Positions 46,619 to 59,774 are shown, counted from the first letter of the whole stretch. The stretch is 63,901 nucleotides of DNA, filler included, from Reclinomonas americana ATCC 50394 (GCA_048213135.1; 23 parts of 23 records of this genome joined end to end with filler, not necessarily neighbours in it), one strand, 5' to 3'. Notes: generated from the letters alone by a model not told the origin. Made by a program: numbers and translations.

Positions 46619-47707
46619 TCACATGTGCAACTCAAAGTCCACGCTGCACCGATAAAGCACAACAGCAGCATCCTCGACAATGAAGCAACGCAGCGCCATC
46701 TCCGGAAGACACCGTGAATCGGGTTCGTCATCCACCGGCTGCAGCTCCCGCACCGCCAGCATCGCCAAACGCGCAGCTTGCAGCTCTTGCCATGCGAGAC
46801 CGCGAGGAGTGGACCACACTCGCACTGCCTTGTCAAGACCACCACTCACAATGTGCTGATTATCGGCTGTGGCAGCAACAGAATACACCCGCTCTGTGTG
46901 TCCCTCCAACCGCTGCACTTCTTCTCCTGTTATTGCCGACCACACACGCACGGTCTCGTCGTCACTTCCACTCACAATGCACTGGCCGTTGTGAGTGACG
47001 GCAACGCAGAACACGTCACTGGTGTGTCCTTGAAACTGTCGCACCTGTTCTCCATTCGCCGCCAGCGACGACAGTCGCACTCTCTTGTCGCAACCCCCAC
47101 TCACAATGTGCTGACTGTCGGGAGTAACGGCCACGGACCACACGAAACCAGTGTGCCCCTGAAATCTGCACACCTCCTCTCCACTCGTGAGAGACCACAC
47201 TCGCACCGTGTTGTCCAAACCCCCGCTCACAGCTTGCTGACCGTCGGGTGTGATGGCAACCGAGTACACCCAGCCAGTGTGTCCCTCCAGTCGTCGCACC
47301 TCTTCTCCGCTCTCCAGAGACCACACACGCACTGTCGCATCATCGCTGCCACTCGCAACGCGCTGCCCGTCAGGAGCGCTGGCGACACAACGCACCACAC
47401 CAGTGTGCCCCACCAATTGTCGCAGTTCATCACCACTCGCCAACGACCACACTCGCACCTTCTTGTCACCGCCACCACTCACTATGCGTCGACCATCGGG
47501 GGTGATGGCAACAGACCATACGCCTCCAGTGTGAGCCTTCAGCAGTCGTACTTGCTCTCCGCTCGCCAGCGACCACACTCGCACTGTGTTGTCTACGCTT
47601 CCGCTGACAACGTACTCATCGTCGGGAGTGATGGCAAGGGACCGCACCCATGCAGCGTGTCCAAGGAGGCACTTGGAGGGGAGGAAGGGAGCAGGAGAGC
47701 GTGACAT
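46619..47707 (-). CDS. Intronless seven-blade WD40 protein with highly similar repeats and short helical tail
   Basis: Seven GHTxxVxxVAxTPDxxxxVSGxxDxxVRVWS units of ~42 aa; first plausible ATG at 47707. Confidence 0.88.
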   Translation of the reverse strand: MSRSPAPFLPSKCLLGHAAWVRSLAITPDDEYVVSGSVDNTVRVWSLASGEQVRLLKAHTGGVWSVAITPDGRRIVSGGGDKKVRVWSLASGDELRQLVGHTGVVRCVASAPDGQRVASGSDDATVRVWSLESGEEVRRLEGHTGWVYSVAITPDGQQAVSGGLDNTVRVWSLTSGEEVCRFQGHTGFVWSVAVTPDSQHIVSGGCDKRVRLSSLAANGEQVRQFQGHTSDVFCVAVTHNGQCIVSGSDDETVRVWSAITGEEVQRLEGHTERVYSVAATADNQHIVSGGLDKAVRVWSTPRGLAWQELQAARLAMLAVRELQPVDDEPDSRCLPEMALRCFIVEDAAVVLYRCSVDFELHM

Positions 47708-47780
47708 GATATGAAGTGATGGAATGGGACAAGGTCCGACCACTTTCTTCATCACTGTTGTCATTGTAGTGCCTTCTGCT

Positions 47781-48657
47781 TTATCTGGGCAGCTGCTGAC
47801 AGGGAGCCACGGGACACGCAAAGTCATAATTCCTGCACGTGTCGGGCCAACCCTGCGGCCCCTTCACCGCCAAGCATCGCATGCAGTACTCAACAAGGCA
47901 CGTCGGCTCCTGGCACTTCATGTGCTTGCAGCCGTCATTGTGATCTGCCACCAGGAAGAAGTGAGAGAGACGGCAATGCGGCACGAACAATCTTCACCAG
48001 TTACCTTGAATGCGATGGCATCGCGGACACGCACGCAGGCGTGGCACGGGATCGTCGGTGGCCTTGTCGAAGGGCCACATGAGCTGCACGACGTGGTGAG
48101 AAAGCGCGAATGCTTACGTGCTGCCGTGTCACACACACTCACCACCCACTCGCACGCGATGAGCAGGTCTGCAGCTGACATGCAACCAGGGTTGCCGCAG
48201 GGACCACGCGATCCCGAACCACTCGCCCATCGTCCACCACACCGCAAACAGAACCTGGTGCCGCACGGACAGTCGGCATCCTGGAACGACGTGTCCTCGG
48301 GCATACACATCGTCCCGCACTGTGCAATCACTGCTGTCAGCGACAGTCGGCGGAGACTGAGCACAAGCAGACGTGACACACCGTTGGACAAGGTTTGGTG
48401 TTGCTGTTCAGGAATGCTATGTTGAGCATGTCTTCGTAGGCGTCCAGATCGCGCCGCAAATGTGGTTTCCCCGCACAAGCATGTCGAATGACCGAGTCAG
48501 GGATGACTGCAATAACGAAGCACAACAGTCAATCGTAGAAGAAGAGTGAGGTGCACTTGGACATAAGAACGTACCAATTCGACAAGCCGTGACGCAGCAA
48601 CGCATCGCATCACCGGCTCCCGTGGCAACGTGCGATTGCAGCATGTCGGTCAAGCTG

Positions 48658-48744
<87 letters not shown>

Positions 48745-49399
48745 CGACGTAGTACGTACGTACGTACGTACTACTACAACGTACGAACGACGACGACGAC
48801 GTACGTACGTACGTACGTACGACCGTACCGTACCGTACCGTACGTACGACGAACTACTACCGTNNNNNNNNNNNNNNNNNNNNNNNNNNNNNNNNNNNNN
48901 NNNNNNNTTAATTAATTAANNNNNNNNNNNNNNNNNNNNNNNNNNNNNNNNNNNNNNNNNNNNTCAACGGCGTCAGCAGCCATCACCACAGACGGCTGCT
49001 CTGCAGGCGCCCATGCCGCTGAACGAGGATCTCGTCCATACGGATGACGGTGATGAGGGCCGCTGTCACCACGACCACCACGACCACCACCGCGACCACC
49101 ACCACGACCACCACGGCCATAATACGCACTTGCCGCCGATTCAGTCTCTGTGGATTGTTGTCGCGGCGATCGGGCCCCGCCTGCGCGCACGCATAATGCA
49201 CCTCATCAGCAATCCAAAACAACATCATGACATGAACACGATAGTGTGTGCGTGGTGATGTGATGCTGAAACGCAGGTTGATAGTGCACAATAGATGTGC
49301 AAGCACATTCGCTTGTCGGATGCTCATCCTCACACGCACAACATACATGTGTATACACACACCGCGACTCATGTCGGAGGGCCTTGCATCGTCGTCCAT
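47781..49399 (-). CDS. RBR E3 ligase 4: RGG-box N-terminus (RING1 exon partly in gap)
   Basis: Exon 1 MDDDARPSDMSR; exon 2 YYGRGGRGGGRGGGRGGRG; IBR and RING2 intact. Confidence 0.83.
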
Positions 49400-49667
49400 G
49401 TGCGCGTTCGAAGAGGAGTGACGGACAGGAAGAGGGACAGGACTCGACTCTTTTTTTCTTGACCATCCCTTGGTTTGGCCAGTCCGGGGCTGCGAGAACA
49501 ACGCACGCCAACAGCGCACTCCCAATCGTCAGCACTGGGGGCATTTCTCCGACATAGAAGCATTCACGAAGTTGCTTGCACGAAACCCCCCACCCCCCTT
49601 GTCAACTACTCAACCTCGTCAGCCTCCGTGCCTTGGATGCACCGTCGCCAACACCAGACTCCCCGCT

Positions 49668-50540
49668 TCATTTCGGCAACTGCTGACAGGGAGCCACGGG
49701 GCACGCAAAATCATAATTCCTGCACGAGGCTGGCCAACCCTGCGACCCCTTCACCGCCAAGCATCGCATGCAGTACTCGACGAGGCACGTCGGCTCCTGA
49801 CACTTCATGTGCTTGCAGCCGTCATTGTGATCTGCCACCAGGAAGAAGTGAGAGAGAGGCGCAATGCGGCACGAACAACCTTCACCAGTACCTTGAATGC
49901 GATGGCATCGCGGACACGCACGCAGTCGTGGCACGGGATCGTCGGTGACCTTGTCGAAGGGCCACATGAGCTGCACGACGTGGTGAGAAAGCGCGAATGC
50001 TTACGTGCTGCCGTGTCACACACACTCACCACCCACTCGCACGCGATGAGCAGGTCTGCAGCTGACATGCAACCAGGGTTGCCGCAGGGACCACGCGATC
50101 CCGAACCACTCGCCCATCGTCCACCACACCGCAAACAGAACCTGGTGCCGCACGGACAGTCGGCATCCTGGAACGACGTGTCCTCGGGCATACACATCGT
50201 CCCGCACTGTGCAATCACTGCTGTCAGCGACAGTCGGCGGAGACTGAGCACAAGCAGACGTGACACACCGTTGGACAAGGTTTGGTGTTGCTGTTTAAGA
50301 ATGCCATGTTGAGCATGTCTTCGTAGGCGTCCAGATCGCGCCGCAGATGTGGTTTCCCCGCGCAAGCATGTCGAATGACCGAGTCGGGGATGACTGCAAT
50401 AATGAAGCACAACAGTCAATCGCAGAAGAAGAGTGAGGTGCACTTGTGCACTGGAACGTACCAATTCGACAAGCCGTGACGCAGCAACGCATCGCATCGC
50501 CAGCTCCCGTGGCAACGTGCGATTGCAGCATGTCGGTCAA

Positions 50541-50628
<88 letters not shown>

Positions 50629-51436
50629 NNNNNNNNNNNNNNNNNNNNNNNNNNNNNNNNNNNNNNNNNNNNTTAATTAATTAANNNNNNNNNNNNNNNN
50701 NNNNNNNNNNNNNNNNNNNNNNNNNNNNCGGAGACGGAGCACTGTAGCCGTACTGCGGCTGCTGCTGCTGCTGCTGCTGCTGCTGCGGATAGACACCGTA
50801 CGGACTTGCCGACTCGCGAACATGCACAGGCGACACGGACCTGACATCGGTGCCATCAGTTGCACCCGCTACTCCCGTTGCAGCACCCACAGACGATAGA
50901 CCGACGGGTGCCGAGTACGCTGCCGGGTACGTTGGCTGCGGAGGCTGTCGGTACGGAGACGGAGCACTGTAGCCGTACTGCGGCTGCTGCTGCTGTTGCT
51001 GCGGATAGACACCGTACGGACTTGCTGCAGAGTACGTTGCACTTGGCTGCGGAGGCTGTTGGTATGGGCCCGGGGACGGAGGACCATAGCCGCCACCAAT
51101 GTACTGTTGCTGTGGGTAGCCTCCGTACAGACTGCCAGCAGCTGAGGGCTGATGGTGTGCATACGTTGCAGCATGGGCTGGTGCGAGTGACGCGGATCGC
51201 GACCCACCTGCGTACATTGACACATGCATGCACATCCTCATCAGCAATCCATGCCATCATCATGACATGAACACGATAGCGTGTGTGTGGTGATGTGCTG
51301 TGCTGAAACGCAGATTGACAGTGCACAATAGATATGCAAGCACATTCGTTTGTCGGATGCTCATCCTCACACGCACAACATACATGTGTATACACACACC
51401 GCGACTCATGTCGGAGGGCCTTGCATCGTCGTCCAT
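49668..51436 (-). CDS. RBR E3 ligase 5: Q/P/Y/G-rich N-terminus (RING1 exon partly in gap)
   Basis: Same exon 1 as RBR4; exon 2 has ASPYGVYPQQQQQQPQYGYSAPSP repeated; core near-identical to RBR4. Confidence 0.83.
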
Positions 51437-51686
51437 GTGCGCGTTCAAAGAGTGGCGGACAGGAGGAGGGACAGGACTGCACTTTCTTGACTTTTTCTTG
51501 ACCATCCCTTGGTTTGGCCATACAAGGTTGCGAGAACGGCGCTCTCTTGCAGCGTGACTCCCAATTGTCGGCACTGGGGCATTTCTCCGACATAGAAGCA
51601 ATCACGAAGTTGCTTGCATGAACCCCTCCTGAAACCCCCCACCTCCGTGCCTTTGATGCACCGTCACCATCACCACACTCTCCATT

Positions 51687-53925
51687 TCATTTCGGCAACT
51701 GCTGACAGGGAGCCACGGGGCACGCAAAATCATAATTCCTGCACGAGGCTGGCCAACCCTGCGGCCCCTTCACCGCCAAGCATCGCATGCAGTACTCGAC
51801 GAGGCACGTCGGCTCCTGANNNNNNNNNNNNNNNNNNNNNNNNNNNNNNNNNNNNNNNNNNNNTTAATTAATTAANNNNNNNNNNNNNNNNNNNNNNNNN
51901 NNNNNNNNNNNNNNNNNNNGACACACTCTCTCTCTCTCTCTCTCTCCTCCTCTCTTCTTCTCTCTCTCTCTCTCCTCCTCTCTCTCTCTCTCTCTCTCTC
52001 TCTGCACGCAATACCTTGAATGCGGTGGCATCGCGGACACGCACGCAATCGTGGAACCGGATCGTCGGTGGGCTTGTCGAACGGCCACATTCTCTGCACA
52101 ACACAATCACACAGCCGACTGGTTGAGCAGAGCTGTCCACGGTCTCTGCGCTTCCACAGTCATCGCACGCACCACCCACTCGCACGAGCCGAGCACATCA
52201 TTGGATGACATGCAGTCGCGATTGCCACACGGACCACGCGACCCAGCACCACTTATCCACCTTCCACCGCACCGCAAGCAAAACCGGGTTCCGCACGGAC
52301 ACTCGGCATCTTGAAACGCAGCATCCTCGGGCATGCACATGGAGCCGCACTGTGTCATCAAAGAAGTAAGCTTTTAACAGAGAAGATAATTTGTGCGTGC
52401 AGTCACACACCGTCGGGCACGGCTTGGTGTTGCTGCTCAAGAACGCCATGTTGAGAATGTCTTCGTAGGCGTCGAGATCACGCCGCAGATGCGGCTTCCC
52501 CGCGCAAGCGTGTCGAATGACCGAGTCGGGGATTTCTGCACCATAAAACTTCAGCTAACGCGGAACAATGAGTGATACTCGTCAGCGCAGGTGTATACCG
52601 ATTCGACAAGCTGTGCCGCAGCAGCGCATCGCATCGCCAGCTCCCGTGGCAATGTGCGAATGCAGCATGTCGGCCACACTATTACACACACAAATGGTGA
52701 GTAGCTGAGGCGCGGCAGTGATGCAGGAAAGCAACGCACCACTCCTGACACAATCCATGCCTGCACGGCAACTGGTAGCACACTTCCAGATTGCGACCGG
52801 TGCAGTTGGCGCATTGCAGGCTGCGATTGACGACAACACCCGACGGGAGCGATGCCGCTTTCTGCGAGCTTGCTGGAGTTTGAGCAGGTGTGGCAGCTGG
52901 CGTTTGAGCAGGTGTTGGTGCCGCAGGCCGCTGCTGTTGTTGTGGCGGCGAGTGTTGCGCGAAGAGTTCCTCCAACCCTAATGTGCTTGGCTGGCGAGCG
53001 GCTGCGGCGGGCGCTGCTCGCACCGGGGCCACCGGCGCGCGCGCTGGTGNNNNNNNNNNNNNNNNNNNNNNNNNNNNNNNNNNNNNNNNNNNNTTAATTA
53101 ATTAANNNNNNNNNNNNNNNNNNNNNNNNNNNNNNNNNNNNNNNNNNNNAAACTCTGCCAGCGCTTCCATGTCGACACGTCTGGCCTCGGCCGACGGCGA
53201 GCTTACTGCGATGACGGTGAGCGGCACACACATGCGCGCGCGCGGTGACTGACAACCGTGCAGCGACTTACCCGGACGCGGTGGCACAGCGGGCGCCCTC
53301 GCCGGAGCAGCAGCCGCAGCAGCAGCAGGCGAGTTCTCCTCAAACAGACTCCGCAGGCCGAGGTCGTTCGAGGAGCCCACTGACGGTCGCGGCGGCACCG
53401 GAGGCGCCGACTGCAACTGCGGTGGTCGAGCAGGTGGCGGTGGCGGTGGCGGTGATCGGCGGGTCGCCGAAGGCGCAGGATGCCGCACACTGTCAAATAG
53501 GCCGCTGAACTCGGCCAGCGCATCCACGTCCGCAGCGACTCGTGTGGCTGCAAATCCAGCAAGCAATGAGCGCTCGTGTGAGTGAGTGAGAAACGATCGC
53601 GAGCCTCACCTTGTCGATCTCGTGGTGGCACTGGTGGCGGCGACGATGCCGGGTGTGCGCTGGCAGGTCTCATCAGCGAGGCTGTACCCGCAAAAATGAG
53701 TGTTCGAAACGCAGAGGCGGACGAGTGATGTGCAAACGGACCTGCGAGCTGCTGTGCAGAGGCCTCCACAGAGGCCGACTGTCGCGCAGAGACCGGTCGT
53801 GATCCGGAGTGCTTCTTTGATGCTGTGTGGTGAGTGTCCGTGTTGAGCACAGAAATCGCAAAGTGAAGGCAGAGCGAAGGCGGAGAGGTGGACGCACACT
53901 TGTCGGAGGAGCTGGAGGTGCCCAT
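51687..53925 (-). CDS. RBR E3 ligase 6: MGTSSSS start, Pro-rich N-terminus with PxVPPR motifs
   Basis: Spliced 5' exons are phase-consistent; RING1/IBR near-identical to RBR3; spans two gaps. Confidence 0.8.
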
Positions 53926-54034
53926 TGTGTGTGTTAGTGCGACGGAGTGTGTACGCGCAGTGGACAGCAGCGGAGTGTGAGTGATCGAGAGTGAAGGCAC
54001 AGGACAGCAATCGATCAACCGAGTGCGGCGAGGC

Positions 54035-57000
54035 ATGCACCTCGGTGCAGTGACTTGCGTGGCATGGGTTGGCAAGGAGGACGATGCTCTGCTGTTGAGC
54101 GGTGCGTGTGTGTGTGTGTTTGCCCGGGCATCCCACCTATACTTGCTTGTCTCATCGATGAGTTTGCATTGCAGCCTGTGGACCATTGCTTCGACTGTGG
54201 AGTGTCACCAGTGGCCTGTTGCACGCTGAGCTGTGTCTTCCGTTCCGCGCTCACTGCATTGCTGGTGCTGGACTGGGAACAGTGATCGTGGGAGGAGAGC
54301 ATTCGGTGGCTGCTGTGCGCATGGAGAATGGACTGCGTGTGGTGGCGCTGCGCGAGGAGTTGCCACACTGGGTGCACACTGTCCATTACTGTTGTGAGGA
54401 GCAGGTGGCGGTGATTGGATTTGCTCGTGATGCGGTTGGCTGCTGGGATGTGACGGGTGAAGGCGAGCTTCGCGCGGTGCGATTGCGACCGTCGTGTTTG
54501 TTGTTGCGTGCTATGCATCCACCGTGGTGATGATACGCACAGCTCGGCTCATCGTTCTTTGATCAGGTATTCGATGGCCATTTGTGGTGATTCGTGGGCG
54601 GATGTGTGGGTGGCAGCAGGCACCACCTGCTCGAATGTGTTGGTATACCGACCGGGGCGGTCGTCGGAACCACACCAGAGGTTAGCAGGTCACGAGGTTT
54701 GTGTCGTCTCCACTCTCGCTTCTCTTGCAAATGTGTGGCCTCACCGACTGTCAGGGTGCCGTGTTTCACGTCAGCTGGAGCGACAATGGATGTGTGTTGT
54801 GCACGTGCTCTGAGGGACGCACCATTCGAGTGTGGCGGAGAGAGTGCGTGGATCCGCAGAGTGCGTTGAGCAAGGCAGTCGGCTGTCTCTCTGATCGTTG
54901 AGTGACGCACAGAGCAGTCGACCGTGATCTTGTCGAGTGCGTGGCAGTGCGAGGACACGAAAGTCGAGTGTGGCAGTCGTTTTTGTTGCCGAGTGGAGTG
55001 CTGGTCTCCGTGTCGGAGGTCTGTGTGAATTGTTGGCACTCGTTGCATAGACGCGACAAAATGACCAGTCGAGCAGGATGCGACTGTTCGGCTGTGGAGC
55101 GTCGCTGACGGGGGTGCTGCGAGGCACGTGTTTCGTGGTGCGTCTGTTCTGCAACATGAGCGCATAGGAGTGCCTCTGTGTGTGTGTGTGTGTGTGTGTG
55201 TGTTTCGTGGTGCGACTATTATGCAATGTGCATGCCTGTGAGTACCTCTGTGTGTGTTTGGCTGACTGCATGCATCCACTTAGGCCACAAGGGTTCGCTG
55301 CGATGTGTGACTCCAGTGGAAAATGGAGGGTGTGTGGTGCGTCTCCTCATAGCAAAAATTGGTGAGTGCATACTTGGCCATTCTGCTCATCGTGTCGTGC
55401 AGGCTTCTGGAGGTGATGATGGTGTGATTCGTGTGTGGAATGTGCGCGACGTGTGGAGGGAACCAGGTTTGTCTCCTGCGTCGTCTGCTCTCGTCTGGCG
55501 CGCGTTTGCCAATGAATGAGCACTTCGCAGTGGAAATTCTGCGTGTCGATCTTGCGGACATTGGAGGTCGTGTGCGTCACGTAGCACTGTGTGCAGGTGC
55601 GGAGACTGCTGTCGTCTCGCTCACGTCGGGGTACGTGTGCAACCAATTTTGATCTCCATGCCAGCTCTCCACTGACACACACACACGTGCTGCAGTCGAG
55701 TGGTGCGTGTGGGCCGCAGTGGTGCGGTCCAATTGCTGCCACTGTTCACTGCCACTGGCCGCGATGGCGTGGTTGCACTGGCTGTGCAGGAGACGCAAGG
55801 AATGCCTATGGCCGTCGGCTACTCCAGCGGGGCAGTGGCTCTCGGGGACGTTGATGGGGTACGTCGAAAACACTCAGAAGGAGCTGCCATTTCCTCTCAC
55901 TGCCACACGCAGGATGACGCCATTACAATCGATGCGTTTTCGGAGCGCACTTCTGTGTTTAGCATGTGGTGGACTTCGCCAGCACATCTTGCAGTCGCCA
56001 GTACAGAAGGTCATGTCGCACTGTTGACCGTCACGGCAGCAGAGGTGCTGTTTGCAAATCACTCCTCCTGAATGCTTGCCGCCTTTGCTTCTCACCTACC
56101 ACCAATAGGAGTGTGTCGCCGCCTCCTTTTGCACGCCACGGAGGCAGCGAGTGTTCTCTGCCTGCGAGCACGCGCGCGAAACCTGGCTATTTGTGGGTGA
56201 CGTGCGCGGAAATGTGCATGCCTACGATTGGGCACTCGGGCGGCATCTCTGCTCCATCCCGCGGGTGCACGATGGAGTTTCGTGGACCATTTATCGCCAC
56301 TCTTCTCCACTTTCGTGAACTCATTGTGATCCCAGCACCCGATTCACTCTCTGTTGTGGCACACCGAGCGCAGCGAGTTGGTGACTGGCGGCGGCGATGC
56401 CTTTCTGTGTCGTGTGTCGATTGCGGAAGATGGCGCCACCGGCAACGTAGAGGAGCGCACTCACTTTTCGGCGCATGTCAGCTCCATCACGCGCCTTGTG
56501 ACGACAAGCAGCGGGCATGTTGTGGGCATTGGAATCAAGGGTACAGTACCGCATTCGACGTCTCAGCGCTACACTTGCACTCACTCAGTGTCTTCTCACA
56601 CGTAGGGGATCAAGTGCGAGTGTTTGACGGAGGCGACGGGCAAGCAGTGCGTGCTGTCGGTCCTCCAACGCAAATTCACAGTCGCTCACCCTCGCCTCCA
56701 GTTATTCTCCGTGCCACTTGATCGGCGGTGTCACTCGATTCGCGTCGTGGACGGAGGTCTATCGTTTGCTGCCGCCGATGCATACGGAACAGTGCTGCGT
56801 GTATTGGCAACGCAGCCGCCAGCTCCCGTGTCATTCGTACACGAATTGGGTGACCGAGTGCACCACTTGCACGTGCATGTTGTGCTGGTGATGAGCGCGG
56901 ACGTTGGCACGCTGGTGGTGACATGTGGCGAGGACAGCGCCGTCATGTCGTATGCTCATCGGGGCGGTGAGGAACATCCGGTGCAGCACATGTCGGCCGT

Positions 57001-58204
57001 GTGGACGCATGATGGGGCGTGGCGGTGCTGTGCCAAAGGTTCTGTTCAAGAGTCTCAACTTCCACTCCCTGCTGAAGTGTCACTGAACCATGCAACAGTC
57101 GCGGAGGACGATGTCTTGGTGTTGCTCGCCACTGGCGGCCATTGCGAGCTGGTACAGCTTTGGAAGCTCAGCCGACACACCGGCGAGCTGACTGCGCATG
57201 GGCGACTGCTGGCAGCCGTATGGCCTGACTGTGAGATGGCGGAATGTGACGACGATGATGACGGTGACGATCGTGCCGCGCAATATCGCATGTACGCCAT
57301 GTGCGTGCTCGAGAACGATGCCGACCAGTCGATTCTCGCCACGGGAGCATCCGACGGACGTGTCAAGCTGTTTGCGTTGCCGCACGAGCCTCATCAATGC
57401 CCACGGCCACAACCGCTGCCAATGGTGGCCTACAGTGAGAGTCAGTGTGCCGGTGTGGTGCTGTGCTTGTGCCAGCTGAGTGTGGGACATGACGAACGCG
57501 CGCGAAAGCTGCTGCTGTCTGGCTGTACGGACGGTACTCTGGCAATCTACGACGTGACTCGTGTGCGCGCTGACGGAGAGGCTCGTCGATTGGAGCCATT
57601 GTTGGTTCGTCATTCATATATACGAGAGAAAATGTTGGCAGCCAGCTCATTGTTGTCGTGTCGGTCAGCACGAACGGATACACCAATCCGGTGTGAACTG
57701 TGTGAGTGCCGCGGCAGTCGGTGCATCGACATGGATTCGTGTGGTCACCGGCGGCGACGACCAGTCGGTGTGTGTGACCGACGTGGCGGTAATCGACCGT
57801 GACGAAGGCACGTCCCGCATTTGATGATAGAGAAAGTGCGGTGCTCATTGATCCTCGCCGCAGAGCCGCTCTCGGCGCGCATCGTCGAGCAGTGTCGCCA
57901 GGAGGAGGCGCACTGGGCGGCTGTGCGAGGCGTCGCTCTGCTGAGTGCCGATCGCGTAATCAGCGTCGGCGGTGATCGAGTTGCGTCGTGTTGTTCTCCT
58001 CTCCGTATACAGTTGACCTCACACTCTGCGCAGCGGCTGTGCACGTGGCGCTTGGCAGAATCGTCCGTGGAAGCCGTGTGCGAGCGGGTGGTGCACATTA
58101 GCAGTGTGCGCACGATGACGGCACGCGTGGTAGAGTCGGTCGCTCAGGTGTGGATCGCCGGCCACGGACTGGAGTTGTGTCGCATGAAGGTGCCAGCGGA
58201 GTGA
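54035..58204 (+). CDS. WDR6: WDR6/Trm734-like WD40 protein (tRNA 2'-O-methylation cofactor)
   Basis: AVTCV, CLL^YS, VAAGT, LAGHE^GAVFHV..TCSEGRTIRVW, GHESRVW, HQSGVN..VTGGDDQS, AHWAAVRG..GGDR^RLCTW and terminal AGHGLE match the WDR6 layout as I recall it; about 15 short introns. Confidence 0.82.
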
Positions 58205-58309
58205 AAGGGCTGCCAACAACGAATGCAACGTGTACCGCGCAATGCAGGCGCGATTCGACAACTTCCTTTCTGTACATTGCTGCAGATCTACAACTCATGT
58301 GCGGTCTCA

Positions 58310-59774
58310 CTATTCGGGGAGCTGCTGACGCCGAGCCACCCTGCAGGGAAAGCGGTAATCCTGGATTGCAGAATTTGTACCGCGGCAGCTGACGGGCCAA
58401 CCGTCGACGCCTTTGATGGCCAAGCAGCGCAGACAGTACTCTGTGCGGCAGGTAACATCCTGGCACTTCATGTGCTTGCAGCCTTCTTCATACTCTGCGA
58501 GGCACACACATGAATATTGTGGGTGTGGCTATCGAGTGAACACTCCTCGAGACTTCTGACCTTGGATTCTACTGCATCGCGGGCACGCGCGCAGTCTAGG
58601 AACTTTCTTGTCGCGCGGCGCCTCATTTGGCCACACATGCTGTGATACACGAGATACTGAGCGCAGCACTTGGATCCTGTTAGCAGCAACGCTGCTTCCT
58701 CACCACTTCCTCGCACTTGCGCAGCAACGTGTTCGGGGGGATGCAGTCCGCGTTTCCACAAGCGCCCCGGCTTCTCCATCTGCGCCATTGGTTGCCACAG
58801 CGCATGCAGAACTTGGTGCCGCAGCTGCAAACGGCCTGGCGGGTAGACCGCTTCTTGTCCATGACGCATGACAGGTCACACTGCACACCGAGCAGTGAGA
58901 ACAAATGTTGACCATCGCGACGCGGTGTGCATCATGATCACTCACCCTGGGGCACCGCCGAGCATGCTTGGCGTAATACGACTGGTTGAGAATGTCTCCG
59001 TAATCGTCGAGTGTCGGTTTCAACTCGGGCTGATAGGAGCAGGCGTGCATGACCACGAGGTCGTCCAGTTCTGCGTGGTTGTACGTGATAATCAAGAGTG
59101 CCTGATTCAGCGCTCTGATGAGAATTCACTGACCTGCTCGACAGCCGCTGGTGAGGCACCGCAGTGGCTCCGCAACCCCGGAGGTTACGTGCTGCTGAAG
59201 GAGGTCCACAACGCTACGAAATGACGAGAAGGATCGAATTAACTAACATGCCCGGAATTACAGCATCGACAGAAGGGGGCGAAAATGGAGAGAGATACAA
59301 AGGCAAAACAAGGTGGGTTGTCTTGATCAAAGGAAAAGAAAAGAAGACAGCGAGTAACTGACAACGATGAATCGCGACTGACGACACTCATTCGTTCGCC
59401 CACACTCGCCCACCCGACACTCACCACCCAGGGCACACGCCGTGACCGCACGACAGCCGATAAGAGGCCACTCCTAGTGATCTTCCACTGGCGGTGCAGT
59501 TGGCGCACGGCAGCCTCCAGGAACACTCTAATGGCGCAAACACTTGTCCTCGGCCTCTCAGCGACACACACCCTGATCGAGGCGTCAGTTCGCCGTCGTC
59601 GTCGATGCTTCCGCCGCTACTTGATCGCGGTAAGCGAAGCCGCGAGCCGTCGATAACCACCGTCTCCCGCGACAAGGGAATTGTGTCTTCACGAAGTTGG
59701 TAAGCCACGCGACTGCTGTCAGCGGCAGCGGCAAGCGCTTGCGCTTGACGGCCACGGTTGAAGAAGTTTCCCAT
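58310..59774 (-). CDS. RBR E3 ligase 7: short MGNFFNR N-terminus
   Basis: RING1 CANC..CGHGVCPGC; IBR CSCGTKFCMRC; RING2 CPRCSRIQEYEEGCKHMKC; five introns at the family-conserved positions. Confidence 0.9.

Noticed and set aside
47708..47827. N-terminal extension of the WD40 ORF overlapping the RBR4 3' end
   Set aside because: Starts at a non-ATG codon in a different frame of the RBR4 last exon; no evidence of a fusion.
48741..48863. TACG/GTAC-cyclic palindromic-looking sequence after a (CA)n tract
   Set aside because: It follows the TACG flow order typical of degraded pyrosequencing read ends, lies at a contig end and is absent from the paralogous RBR5 contig; likely an artefact.
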